From contig OY969696.1 in assembly GCA_963702005.1 (NCBI GenBank), forward strand, positions 2,784,001-2,848,000: 64,000 nt of DNA. The letters run 5' to 3'. A program made the position numbers and the translations under genes. Positions 44,766 through 54,176 of the stretch are shown here, piece by piece; within the stretch, counting starts at the first letter, position 1; each line of letters opens with the position of its first letter. Below the pieces are notes generated by a model. It worked only from the letters and a program-made list of their open reading frames with translations. It did not search any database and was not told the DNA's origin. This DNA comes from Candidatus Aminicenantes bacterium (GTDB taxonomy: Bacteria > Acidobacteriota > Aminicenantia > Aminicenantales > JAFGBC01).

Positions 44766-44958
44766 CAAGGACGCTAGTCCCCAGCGGGGATATCGAATTA
44801 CCGCTTCGGGGACATACAGCGGCCTTGCAGTACTCATGGAGCCGTATCAACGGCTCCATGGGTGCAGCGGTTTCGCAGTGCACATGAACCAGAAACTGAT
44901 CATGTGCGCGCTCCAACGCCTCCAAAGAGTAGATCCCACAGACGTAAGTCCGTTGAGC
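44766..44958. ncRNA. Candidate structured RNA/DNA element (four consecutive stem-loops), family unknown
   Basis: Stems at 44766-44827, 44830-44865, 44878-44909 and 44910-44958 fill the region with almost no gaps; no credible CDS. Confidence 0.45.
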
Positions 44959-44987
44959 TTCCGCCCCATCGTATATCGAGCTTGAAA

Positions 44988-45003
44988 TGTCGGCATGCCG
45001 ACA
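44988..45003. promoter_or_regulatory. Perfect 16-bp palindrome TGTCGGCATGCCGACA (candidate parS-like or operator site)
   Basis: Exact palindrome with the same length and TGT...ACA ends as canonical parS TGTTTCACGTGAAACA; about 300 bp upstream of parA. Confidence 0.45.
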
Positions 45004-45393
45004 ATTCCCCTCTATCTGATCAAGTTTAGGATCATACTAAGCTATGAATTTTAAAGCTGCATACCTAAAAAGTATTTTAATTACTTTATTATCAATATCA
45101 TAGAATTGCATATTGATATTTCTACTGCCCAGCGATAATCTTCCGCCAAATCAATCGCCGCGCAACGTTCTGTTTGAAACCCAAGAACTCCGGCCCCATT
45201 GCCCCGGATGCGAAAGGTTTGGAATCTGGCCCGGATTGTCTCTCGTCGCTATATTATCATATCTCGATATCTTAATATAATAGCATTAACCCGAATGCCC
45301 GCGCCCCATTTTCTCCTCAGGAACGCTCACGGCTTTGATAAATTTATCCGTTTTCGTTATGATAATGCGCGTCGTGGAAAGGCGACGAGAAAA

Positions 45394-46272
45394 ATGACCG
45401 ACATTCTGAGTCTGGCCCGCGAGCGAACCGTCCTCCTCGACGGAGGCTTGGGCACGGAGCTTTTTCGCCGCGGATTTCCCCAAGGGGCCTGCCCCGAAGC
45501 CTGGAACGTCGAACATCCGGACATCGTCCAAAAAATTCACAGCGACTACTTCGGAGCCGGCTCGGACGCCGTCCTCACCAACAGCCTGGGCGGAAGCTCA
45601 ATAAAGCTCGCGACCTTCGGGCTTTCGTCCCGGGCCCTAGAGATCAACCGGAAAGCCGCTGAGCTGGCTGCTTCCGTCAGGCCTCAAGGACGCTTCGTGG
45701 GCGGCAGCATGGGACCCGTCGGGAAATTCCTCAAGCCGCAGGGAGATCTCGTCGAGGCGGACCTCGAGGCATCCTACGCCGAGCAGGCCCGAGGCCTGCA
45801 CGACGGCGGGGCCGATTTTCTTCTCCTCGAAACTCACTACGACCTCAGGGAAGCGCTGTCCGCACTCAAGGCGGCCCGGCGAAGCACCCCCATTCCCGTT
45901 TTCGTGACGATGACATTTGACCGCAAGCCGCGCGGTTTCTTCACGCTGATGGGCGATAAGCCCTCCGCCTGTTTCGCCGCTCTCGAAGCCGCCGGGGCTT
46001 CCGGACTGGGAGCCAACTGTACCCTGGACAGCAAGGATATGGCCGACCTCACCGCCGTTCTGAGACCCCTGACCGCCCTGCCCCTGATAGTCCAGGCCAA
46101 CGCCGGCCGGCCCTCCCTATCGGCGGAGGGCGTCGTCGCCTATTCTCAAGGCGTCTCGGACTATGTCCGTTATGTGCCAGACATGATCCGGAACGGCGCC
46201 AATATCATCGGAGGCTGCTGCGGCACGAATCCCGACTATATTCGCGCCATGGCCAAGATCCTCCAACCTTAA
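45394..46272 (+). CDS. Homocysteine S-methyltransferase domain protein (stand-alone MetH N-terminal module)
   Basis: LLDGGLGT, GANC and GGCCGT zinc-ligand motifs; ATG at 45394. Confidence 0.9.
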   Translation: MTDILSLARERTVLLDGGLGTELFRRGFPQGACPEAWNVEHPDIVQKIHSDYFGAGSDAVLTNSLGGSSIKLATFGLSSRALEINRKAAELAASVRPQGRFVGGSMGPVGKFLKPQGDLVEADLEASYAEQARGLHDGGADFLLLETHYDLREALSALKAARRSTPIPVFVTMTFDRKPRGFFTLMGDKPSACFAALEAAGASGLGANCTLDSKDMADLTAVLRPLTALPLIVQANAGRPSLSAEGVVAYSQGVSDYVRYVPDMIRNGANIIGGCCGTNPDYIRAMAKILQP

Positions 46273-46281
46273 TCCAGGTTG

Positions 46282-48066
46282 ATGGCCTTCAAGATTCAAG
46301 TCCTGTCTCCCCTACCCCGGACGATCGAAGCCGAGGCCGGCCAGAGCCTGTCCCGAGCCCTGATCGAGGGCGGTATTCCGCTGAACGCTTACTGCGGCGG
46401 AAAAGGCCTCTGCGGAAAGTGCCTGGTCGAGGTCGTAGCGGGAACGCTTCCTCCCCCTCTACCCGAAGAAGCCTCCCTGTTGAGGCGAAAAAGCCCTGAT
46501 TCCCCCTTCCGGTTCGCCTGCCTGCTTCCCGTCCGTAGCGACCTCGTCGTGAAGATTCCCACGATCGCCCTGATATCGCCCCTCCAAGGGCTGACCGAAG
46601 GGATTCTTGCTTCGCTCGACTTTGACCCGGCGGTCAAGCTGTTCCCTTTCAGGCTAGGACGGGATCAGTTGTCCCCTTCCCTCCTCGAATCGCGCGGGGC
46701 CGAGCTATTTAAGCTCCCCTTCAACGATGCCTGGCGTTCGTATTCCTGGCCCGTTCTCCGGGAGGCGATCCGGTCCGCCGGCAACGCGCCCGGGGATTAC
46801 ACGGCCGCGATTTACGAGGAGCGGATCCTTCTCGATGTCGCGCCCGGGGAGAACGCCGATACGGCCTTCGGCCTGGCCGCGGACCTGGGGACCACGACCG
46901 TTGTCATGGAGCTCGTCGACCTCGTCGCCGGCCGCATCTTGGGGAAGGCCATCGGGCTTAACGCTCAGGCCCGTTTCGGGGCCGACGTCATATCCCGGAT
47001 CTCCCATGCTATTCTGGCCCCCGCTCAAGCCGAAGAATTGAGAGAGGCCGCGCTCGAAACGCTGTCGGACCTCCTGTTCCGGGTGGCCGCCGGCGCGAAC
47101 ATTCCTCCCCAGGCCATTTTCGACATCGTCGTCGCGGGCAATACGGCCATGAACCATCTTTTGCTGGGCCGGTCCGTCCGGTCGTTATCCGCCGCCCCTT
47201 TCGAAGCCGAATTCCGAACGCTGCCGCCCCTCGAGGCCGTCGCCTGCGGCTTCCCGGTCCAGCGCCGCGCGAAGCTTTTCATCTCCCCGAATATCGGAAG
47301 CTACGTCGGGGGCGATATCACGGCGGGGCTGCTGGCCACCGGGATGCTCGGCGAGCCGGGAAACCATTTGTTCATCGACCTGGGCACAAACGGCGAGATC
47401 GTCCTCAAGGCCGGCGATACGGTTACGGCCGCCTCGACGGCCGCCGGGCCAGCCTTTGAGGGCGCGAGCCTCAGCTGCGGCATGCTGGCCGTTCCCGGCG
47501 CCGTGGATAGGGCCGTCGGTCCGGACGGGGCCCCGCTCCTATCCACGATCGGAGACAGGACCGCGGCCGGCATCTGCGGGACGGGCTATGTCGACCTGCT
47601 GGCCAGGTTCCTGCGCGAGAGGCTTGTCTCCCGGAGCGGAGCCATCGCGGGCGGAAAAGCCTTCCTCCCCGTCGCCGAGGGGATCTCGGTCAGCCAGAAT
47701 GATATCCGCCAGCTCCAGCTGGCCGTGGCCGCCGTCAGGACGGGCGTCGAACTTCTGCTGAGGCGAAACGGGCTCGCTCCCTCCGACCTGGACGGCCTCT
47801 ATCTGGCCGGAGCCTTCGGCAACTACCTCAACGTCGAAAGCGGCCGGACGATTGGCCTTCTGCCGAAGATCGACCTCGGAAAGGTTCGCTTCGTAGGGAA
47901 CACCTCCCTGGCCGGGGCCAGGGCCATGCTCCTTTCCCGGCGCGCCCGTGCCGAGGCCGTTCGGATCGCGGGGTCGATCGCCCACGTGCCGCTTGCCTCG
48001 GACGCCTCGTTCCAGGATACTTACATCCGGTCCCTGATTTTTCCGGGGACGGGAGATGCCGAGTGA
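46282..48066 (+). CDS. Corrinoid reductive activator (RACo/RamA-like, 2Fe-2S + ASKHA, DUF4445)
   Basis: CGGKGLCGKC ferredoxin, DLGTTT, GADVISRI, DLGTNGE, AGPAFEG, AGAFG. Confidence 0.9.
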   Translation: MAFKIQVLSPLPRTIEAEAGQSLSRALIEGGIPLNAYCGGKGLCGKCLVEVVAGTLPPPLPEEASLLRRKSPDSPFRFACLLPVRSDLVVKIPTIALISPLQGLTEGILASLDFDPAVKLFPFRLGRDQLSPSLLESRGAELFKLPFNDAWRSYSWPVLREAIRSAGNAPGDYTAAIYEERILLDVAPGENADTAFGLAADLGTTTVVMELVDLVAGRILGKAIGLNAQARFGADVISRISHAILAPAQAEELREAALETLSDLLFRVAAGANIPPQAIFDIVVAGNTAMNHLLLGRSVRSLSAAPFEAEFRTLPPLEAVACGFPVQRRAKLFISPNIGSYVGGDITAGLLATGMLGEPGNHLFIDLGTNGEIVLKAGDTVTAASTAAGPAFEGASLSCGMLAVPGAVDRAVGPDGAPLLSTIGDRTAAGICGTGYVDLLARFLRERLVSRSGAIAGGKAFLPVAEGISVSQNDIRQLQLAVAAVRTGVELLLRRNGLAPSDLDGLYLAGAFGNYLNVESGRTIGLLPKIDLGKVRFVGNTSLAGARAMLLSRRARAEAVRIAGSIAHVPLASDASFQDTYIRSLIFPGTGDAE

Positions 48067-48088
48067 ATTCGAGAAGAAGGGAGACACG

Positions 48089-48745
48089 ATGAGCGCCAAG
48101 GACGATCTCTTAGTTGGCATGAAAACGTCCGTCGTCGAGGGCAACCGGGCCGACTCCGAACGGCTGGCTCAGGAAGGCCTCCGCTCCGGCCTGGACCCGC
48201 TCGAGGCCATCGAGAAAGGCTATGCGGTCGGCATCCAGGAGGTGGGCGTTCTCTGGGAAAGGGGCGACTACTTTCTGCCCGAACTCGTGGCCAGCGCCGA
48301 GTGCATGAAGGCGGCCATGGCCGTCCTCGAGCCCACCCTGTCCGCCTCGTCCCGCGAGGCCAGCCGGCTGGGCAAAGCCGTCATCGGGACGATCGAGGGC
48401 GATATCCACGACATAGGGAAAAATCTGGTCGCGGCCATGCTCCAAGCCCACGGGTTCGAGGTCCTCGACCTGGGGGCCGACGTCAAGCTCGAACGGTTCG
48501 TCGAAAAGGCCGAAGCCGAGTCGGCCCGCCTCATCTGCGTTTCGGCCCTGCTGACGACGACCATGGCCAACCAGAAGAAGCTTATCGAGCTCCTGGGCGA
48601 GCGAAAAGTCCGTTCGAAGTACAAAGTCCTGGTGGGCGGCGCTCCCGTCAACCAGGCCTGGGCCGATGCGATCGGCGCCGACGGCTACGGCGAGAACGCC
48701 CTGGCGGCGGTCCGGGCGGCCAAGAAACTCCTGGCCCAAGGCTGA
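48089..48745 (+). CDS. Corrinoid (B12-binding) methyl-carrier protein, MttC/MtbC-like
   Basis: GDIHDIGKNLV (DxHxxG), SALLTTT, VGGAP. Confidence 0.93.
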   Translation: MSAKDDLLVGMKTSVVEGNRADSERLAQEGLRSGLDPLEAIEKGYAVGIQEVGVLWERGDYFLPELVASAECMKAAMAVLEPTLSASSREASRLGKAVIGTIEGDIHDIGKNLVAAMLQAHGFEVLDLGADVKLERFVEKAEAESARLICVSALLTTTMANQKKLIELLGERKVRSKYKVLVGGAPVNQAWADAIGADGYGENALAAVRAAKKLLAQG

Positions 48746-48761
48746 AGAATAGGAGCCGGCC

Positions 48762-50228
48762 ATGATGATCCCCGCCCTCCGTCCCAAGCTCGAAGTCCTG
48801 AGGCCTGAGCTCATCAAGTCCATCATCGACGAGGCCCTGGCCCTGCTCGACAAGCAAGGCATCTTCGTCGAAAACGAAAATGCCTTGGCCCTTTTCCGCG
48901 ACGCCGGCCAGCGCGTTGACGGCGCCGCCCAGAGGGTTCGCCTGTCGGAAAAACTCGTCCGGGACGCGTTGGCCAGCACGCCGTCCGAAATCCGGCTTTA
49001 CGACCGGAGCGGAGATAAAGAATTCCTGGTCGGCCGGGACGAAGTCCATTTCGATCCGGGTTCGACCGCCATCACCATCCTCGACCCCGCGACCGGCCTT
49101 CACCGGAAGCCGGTCACTCCCGACCTCGTCCGCCTGGCCCGGCTGACCGACCTTCTGCCCCATTACCACTTCCAGAGCACGGCCCTTATCGCCGGCGACG
49201 TCCCGGACCTCGTTGCCGACAGCTACCGGCTCTTCTTGGCCCTCCAATACTCGGCCAAACCCGTCGTCACCGGGACGTTTCGGGTCGAGGGCTTCAAACC
49301 CATGCTGGAGATGCTGATGGCCGTCCGGGACAGCGCTCCGGCCTTGGCCGCCAAGCCCCTGGCCATCTTCGACGCCTGCCCCTCCCCTCCCCTCAAATGG
49401 AGCCAGCTGACATCCCAGAGCCTTATCGACGCGGCTCGGGCCGGGCTGCCTTCGGAGCTCATCTCGATGGGCATGACCGGAGCAACCTCGCCCGCGACCA
49501 TCACCGGAACGCTTGTCCAGCACACCGCCGAGAACCTCTGCGGCCTCGTCATCTGCCAGCTGGCCCGGAAGGGGGCCCCGGTCATCTTCGGCGGGTCACC
49601 CTCGAGCTTCGACATGAGGAAGGGAACGACGCCGATGGGGGCCATCGAAACCATGATGATCGACATGGCCTACGCCCAAATCGGAAAAACGCTGGGACTT
49701 CCGACCCATGCCTATATGGGATTGACCGACGCCAAGGTCATCGACGCCCAAGCCGGTCTGGAAGCCGCTCTCGGCGCCGTTCTAGCCGCCCTGGCCGGCA
49801 TCAATGTCGTCTCCGGACCGGGCATGATGAACTTCGAAAGCACCCAGAGCCTGGAAAAACTCGCCGTCGACAACGAGGTCTGCGGGATGGCCTACCGCCT
49901 CGTCGCCGGCATCGCCCAGAGGGACGATCCGATGGCCCTTCCCTTCTTTGAGGCCCTAAGCGCGTCCACCCAGTTCTTGTCTCTCCCCCATACCAGGCAG
50001 TGGTACCGGAAGGAGCACACCCTGCCCGGTCTCATCGACCGGGACACTTACGAAGATTGGGTAGCGTCGGGCCGGAAGACGATGGCCGACCGGGCGGCCG
50101 AGGACGTCCCGAAACGGCTTAAGGAAACGCCCCTAAACCTGGCCGATAAGAACGTCCGAAAGGAGCTCGAACGGATCATGCTCGGCGAGGCCCGAGTGGC
50201 CGGACTGAGCCGGCTGCCCGAGGTCTGA
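48762..50228 (+). CDS. MttB-superfamily methyltransferase, non-pyrrolysine
   Basis: SPPL, GATSPATITGTLVQHTAENL, FDMRKG, GLTDAKVIDAQAG; no in-frame TAG. Confidence 0.88.
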   Translation: MMIPALRPKLEVLRPELIKSIIDEALALLDKQGIFVENENALALFRDAGQRVDGAAQRVRLSEKLVRDALASTPSEIRLYDRSGDKEFLVGRDEVHFDPGSTAITILDPATGLHRKPVTPDLVRLARLTDLLPHYHFQSTALIAGDVPDLVADSYRLFLALQYSAKPVVTGTFRVEGFKPMLEMLMAVRDSAPALAAKPLAIFDACPSPPLKWSQLTSQSLIDAARAGLPSELISMGMTGATSPATITGTLVQHTAENLCGLVICQLARKGAPVIFGGSPSSFDMRKGTTPMGAIETMMIDMAYAQIGKTLGLPTHAYMGLTDAKVIDAQAGLEAALGAVLAALAGINVVSGPGMMNFESTQSLEKLAVDNEVCGMAYRLVAGIAQRDDPMALPFFEALSASTQFLSLPHTRQWYRKEHTLPGLIDRDTYEDWVASGRKTMADRAAEDVPKRLKETPLNLADKNVRKELERIMLGEARVAGLSRLPEV

Positions 50229-50809
50229 TGGAAAAACGGACGTCCTTCATCCTGGCTCTCGACGAACGTAAGGTTCTGACCCGGATCGGGTTCAAAGGCC
50301 CGTCGAAGGACCTCAAGCCCTCGCTCAAAGAGGCCGTCGAAGATGAGAAACGAAGGGCGCTGACCCTCGTCGAACCGGCCGCGCTCTGGACCGTCATCGA
50401 CTACGAAGAAACGAACAAGCACCCCATTTTCGCCGGAGCCGTCCGGGTCGCCCTCTGCCTGTGCACGATCGGCCCCGGCCTCGAGGCGGCCGTCGCCGAG
50501 CTCATGAAGACCGATGTCCTGCGCGGCCTCATCCTGGACGCCTTCGGTTCCCAAGCCGTGGCCGAGGTCTCGCGCCAGATGGGCCGCGACATCGAAGGAC
50601 GGGCCCTCGAGATGGGGCTCAACCCGGGCAAACGTTTCGCGCCGGGCTATCGGTCCTGGCCGGTCGAGGAACAGGCCTTCATGTTCCATCATCTGCCTGG
50701 ACACCTGATCGGCGTCCGGCTGATGGACTCCTACATGATGGTCCCCAGGAAATCCTATTCATTCCGGATCAATTTCGGCGCGGCCGCCGGCCGCGAGCCC
50801 GGTCCCTAA
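50228..50809 (+). CDS. Stand-alone methionine-synthase activation-domain-like protein
   Basis: TIG..E, LILDAFGS.AVAE, RFAPGY..W, IGVRL...MMVPRKS motifs. Confidence 0.75.
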   Translation: MEKRTSFILALDERKVLTRIGFKGPSKDLKPSLKEAVEDEKRRALTLVEPAALWTVIDYEETNKHPIFAGAVRVALCLCTIGPGLEAAVAELMKTDVLRGLILDAFGSQAVAEVSRQMGRDIEGRALEMGLNPGKRFAPGYRSWPVEEQAFMFHHLPGHLIGVRLMDSYMMVPRKSYSFRINFGAAAGREPGP

Positions 50810-53800
50810 TCGAGCGCGATCTCCTTGGGCGCCTTGAGGGGCTTCAGCTTGAACTCGTCCAGAGTCCGGTTGAGGTCGGGGATCCCTTTCAGGATGATCT
50901 CATTGAAGGCCGCGACGTTTTTCTCGACGAAGGCGGTCAAGTCTTTGAGCTGGTCGAGGTCGGTCTTGTCGGGCGCGGCGGGATACCCGACGATGGTCCC
51001 GCCCAGCGTCCCGACCAGCTGATTGAGAGACCCGCCCCGCAGGGCGAGGGCGCGTGAGGACAGCCCCATGAACTCCTTGGGCACGATTTCGTCCTCGAGC
51101 GGCTTGAGCGCCTCGTCGAACTTCTTGAAGGCCGCCTGCAGGGCGTCGGCTTTGTTCTCGGGCTTGTTGAGGGTCGGCAAGAGGGTTTCGTTGATCTGGC
51201 GCCGCAGGTCCTTGGCCGCCGTCGAAGCCAGGTTCATCTTCTTGTTAAGGATGAGGATTTGGGTCAGGGCCTCGGCCTGGGCCTTCCGGTCCGCCTCGCT
51301 GAAAACGAAGCGGGGGTCGGCCTTGACCGTCCCGGACGTCCGGGCCTTGAGATCACCGGCGCTGACTTCGATGTCGTAATCCCCGGGCGGAGCCGGAGGC
51401 AGGGAGAAAAATCCCATGGTGGGGGGCGTTACCTTCTTGCCGTCCGGCGTGGCCGGAACGACCTGCAGGCTCCAGGACTCCCTCTGGAAGCCGACTTTCT
51501 TGTTCAGGGGAATCTCGAACAGGACGCGGCCGGCCTTGTCGATGATCGCGATCTTGGGCTTCTCCTTGGGCTCGTCCCTAAAATAGGCCGCGATCCCCAA
51601 TCCGGCCGGCGGGTTCTTGGCGGCGAAAGTCGCCTTGGAGAAACTCTCCCGGATGCTCCCGAAAAACCACTCGACGACGGGCCGGGGCGCGAAGACATGG
51701 ATCGGCTCGGCCAGGACCGTATCCGATAACTCCTGGAGGAAGCCGATGTCGTCCAGAATCCAGATCCCCCGGCCGTGAGTCCCGATGATCAGGTCGTTGT
51801 CGCGGGGATGGACGAGGAGGTCGTTGACGGCCACCGTCGGCAGGTTCGAGGCCTTGAGATTGAGCCAGCTCAGCCCGCCGTCCCAGGAGCCGAACAGGCC
51901 GAACTCGGTCCCGACGAAGAGAAGTCTCGGGTTCTTGACGTCCTCGCGGACGACGTGGACCCAGCCGAAGGGGATGTTGGCTTTGATGGATTTCCAGGTC
52001 TTCCCGTAGTCCGTCGTCTTGTAGAGATAAGTCCCGTAGTCATCCATGCGGTGGCCGTCGAAAGAGGCGTAAGCCGTCCCCGGCGCGAAGCGGGAGGCTT
52101 CGATATGGGAACACCAGGTCGCAGGCGGCAGGCCCGGGATCTGGCGGACGACGTTCGTCCAGCTGGCGCCGTCGTCGCGGCTGACCTGGACGTTCCCATC
52201 GTCGCTGCCGCACCAAAGGACGCCCTTCTCGAGCGGAGACTCGGCAATGGTCACGATCGTGCAGTGGCTTTCGGCCCCCGAGTTATCCAGAGTGATCGGG
52301 CCGCCCGAGTCCTGTTGCTTCTTGGGATCGTTCGTGGTCAGGTCGGGGCTGGCGATCTCCCAGCTGTCGCCCCGGTCCCGGGAGCGAAACAGGAAGTTCC
52401 CCCCGGCGTAGATCGTTTTGGAATCATGGGGAGAGATTAGGATCGGCGCGTTCCAGTTGAACCGGTAGGGCGGCGCCGCGTAGGGGGCCGTGGGCCGAAT
52501 TGTCTTGGCTTGGTTGATGGCCAGGCTGAACCGGCTGAGGCCGTTCATCTGGGAGTTCCGGTAGACGGTCGTCGGATCCTGGAGATCAACCTGGGCGTAA
52601 AAGCCGTCTCCACCCCCCACCGATATCCACTGGTCGTTGGTGATTCCGACCGGGTCGAGGCTTAAGCTCGGTCCGCCCCAGCTCCCGTTGTCTTGGAGCC
52701 CGCAGTAAACCCAATAGGGGTCACGAGAATCGACTCCGATGGCATAAACCTCGGCCAGATCCATGCTCTGGACGGGAAGCCAGTTCCGGCCCCCGTCATA
52801 GGAAATGTCGATCCCGCCGTCGTTTCCGTCCATGACATGAAGCGGATTGCCGGGGTCGATCCAGAAAGCATGGTGGTCGGGATGGATCCCGGCGCCGATC
52901 GGCCGGAACTTCTGGCCCATGTCGTTCGAGACCTGGAGCCCGGTCGAGAGGACGTAAACGGTCTTGTCGTCCGAAGGATCAACATAGATGCGGCTGTAAT
53001 AAAACGGCCGGGTGTTGACCCGCTGGAAGGTCTCCTTGTCGCACATCCGCTTCCAGCTCGCGCCCCGGTCCTCGGACCGCCAGATTCCGCCGTCCTTATG
53101 CTCGATCAAGGCGTAGACGACGCCCGGCTTGCTCCGGGCGACCGCGATCCCGATCCGGCCCATGATGCCCTCGGGCAGGTCCTTAGTGAGCCGGGTCCAG
53201 GTCTTGCCGGCGTCGCTCGTTTTGTAGAGTCCGCTCCCGGGGCCGCCGCTGGAGAAATAGTAGGGCAACCGGCGGTATTCCCAGGCTGCGGCATAGAGAA
53301 CCTGGGGATCCTGGGGATCCAGGGCCAGATCGGCAATTCCTGTGTTTTCATTGATATACAGAACTTTCGTCCAGGTCAGCCCGCCGTCCATGGTCTTGAA
53401 GACGCCCCTGTCCGGGTTGGGTCCCCAGAGATGGCCGGCGGCCGCGACGTAAACGATGTTTGGATCGCCGGGATTGATGATGATCCGGCTGATGTGGCGG
53501 GTGTCCTTGAGGCCCATGTTCTGCCAGGTTTTCCCGGCGTCCGTGGACTTGTAGACGCCGTCCCCGATCGTAACGCTGTTGCGGGAGGTGTGCTCGCCCG
53601 TGCCGACCCAGACGATGTCGGGATTCGAGGGGGAGATCGTCACGTCTCCGGCCGAGACCGTCGCCTCTTTTTGAAAAACGGGGGCCCAGGTCACGCCGTT
53701 GTTCTCCGTCTTCCAAACGCCGCTGGGGCCAATAGCGGCATAGATGATCCAGGGCTGCTTCTCGACGGCCTCGATATCTACCGTACGACCGCCCATGACG

Positions 53801-53943
53801 GCCGGCCCGATGTTCCGCCAGGCCAGCTTCTCGATGAGCGGCGAAATTTTATCGGCGCTCTGGCCGTAAAAGAAAATAGGGCCCGATAGGATGAGCATAA
53901 CGACGGCCAAACGGCGCGCATTTTTCAGACAGCGCTGATTCAT
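50806..53943 (-). CDS. Secreted VPS10/BNR (Asp-box) repeat glycosyl-hydrolase-like protein
   Basis: WRNIGPAVMGGR, multiple S/TxDxGxTW Asp-boxes, THGRGIWILDD; signal peptide. Confidence 0.85.
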   Translation of the reverse strand: MNQRCLKNARRLAVVMLILSGPIFFYGQSADKISPLIEKLAWRNIGPAVMGGRTVDIEAVEKQPWIIYAAIGPSGVWKTENNGVTWAPVFQKEATVSAGDVTISPSNPDIVWVGTGEHTSRNSVTIGDGVYKSTDAGKTWQNMGLKDTRHISRIIINPGDPNIVYVAAAGHLWGPNPDRGVFKTMDGGLTWTKVLYINENTGIADLALDPQDPQVLYAAAWEYRRLPYYFSSGGPGSGLYKTSDAGKTWTRLTKDLPEGIMGRIGIAVARSKPGVVYALIEHKDGGIWRSEDRGASWKRMCDKETFQRVNTRPFYYSRIYVDPSDDKTVYVLSTGLQVSNDMGQKFRPIGAGIHPDHHAFWIDPGNPLHVMDGNDGGIDISYDGGRNWLPVQSMDLAEVYAIGVDSRDPYWVYCGLQDNGSWGGPSLSLDPVGITNDQWISVGGGDGFYAQVDLQDPTTVYRNSQMNGLSRFSLAINQAKTIRPTAPYAAPPYRFNWNAPILISPHDSKTIYAGGNFLFRSRDRGDSWEIASPDLTTNDPKKQQDSGGPITLDNSGAESHCTIVTIAESPLEKGVLWCGSDDGNVQVSRDDGASWTNVVRQIPGLPPATWCSHIEASRFAPGTAYASFDGHRMDDYGTYLYKTTDYGKTWKSIKANIPFGWVHVVREDVKNPRLLFVGTEFGLFGSWDGGLSWLNLKASNLPTVAVNDLLVHPRDNDLIIGTHGRGIWILDDIGFLQELSDTVLAEPIHVFAPRPVVEWFFGSIRESFSKATFAAKNPPAGLGIAAYFRDEPKEKPKIAIIDKAGRVLFEIPLNKKVGFQRESWSLQVVPATPDGKKVTPPTMGFFSLPPAPPGDYDIEVSAGDLKARTSGTVKADPRFVFSEADRKAQAEALTQILILNKKMNLASTAAKDLRRQINETLLPTLNKPENKADALQAAFKKFDEALKPLEDEIVPKEFMGLSSRALALRGGSLNQLVGTLGGTIVGYPAAPDKTDLDQLKDLTAFVEKNVAAFNEIILKGIPDLNRTLDEFKLKPLKAPKEIALD

Positions 53944-54176
53944 GGATGTGACCTCCGATCCGAGATTCGATTCAAGCTCTGAGGCAAACATAAAATGTTA
54001 TTATAGACTACGGTCATTCCAAAAAACAGTTCATCCAGTCCGTCATTGTCTGTCGGCCGGAATTTCGTTAAGGTCGTGATTCGCTGACGCTATCCCGTGT
54101 TCATGGCCGCCGCCTCGCTGATCTGCCTAGAACTCCAATGATCCTGAAAACCTATCCGGGCCCGGGGACTTGCGTG

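Noticed and set aside
44835-44860. GAGCCGTAT resembling group II intron domain V
   Set aside because: The hairpin is too short, lacks the DV bulge and GNRA loop, and there is no domain VI or RT gene.
44542-44925. 127-aa ORF upstream of and overlapping parA
   Set aside because: No recognisable motifs; it runs through the parA promoter and the hairpin cluster, so it is more likely non-coding.
45010-45393. Cobalamin or SAM riboswitch before the methyltransferase operon
   Set aside because: No B12-box or S-box core motifs recognised; the region is simply AT-rich.
48762-50228. Pyrrolysine recoding in the MttB-family gene
   Set aside because: The ORF is uninterrupted, with no in-frame TAG, and no pyl genes are in the window.
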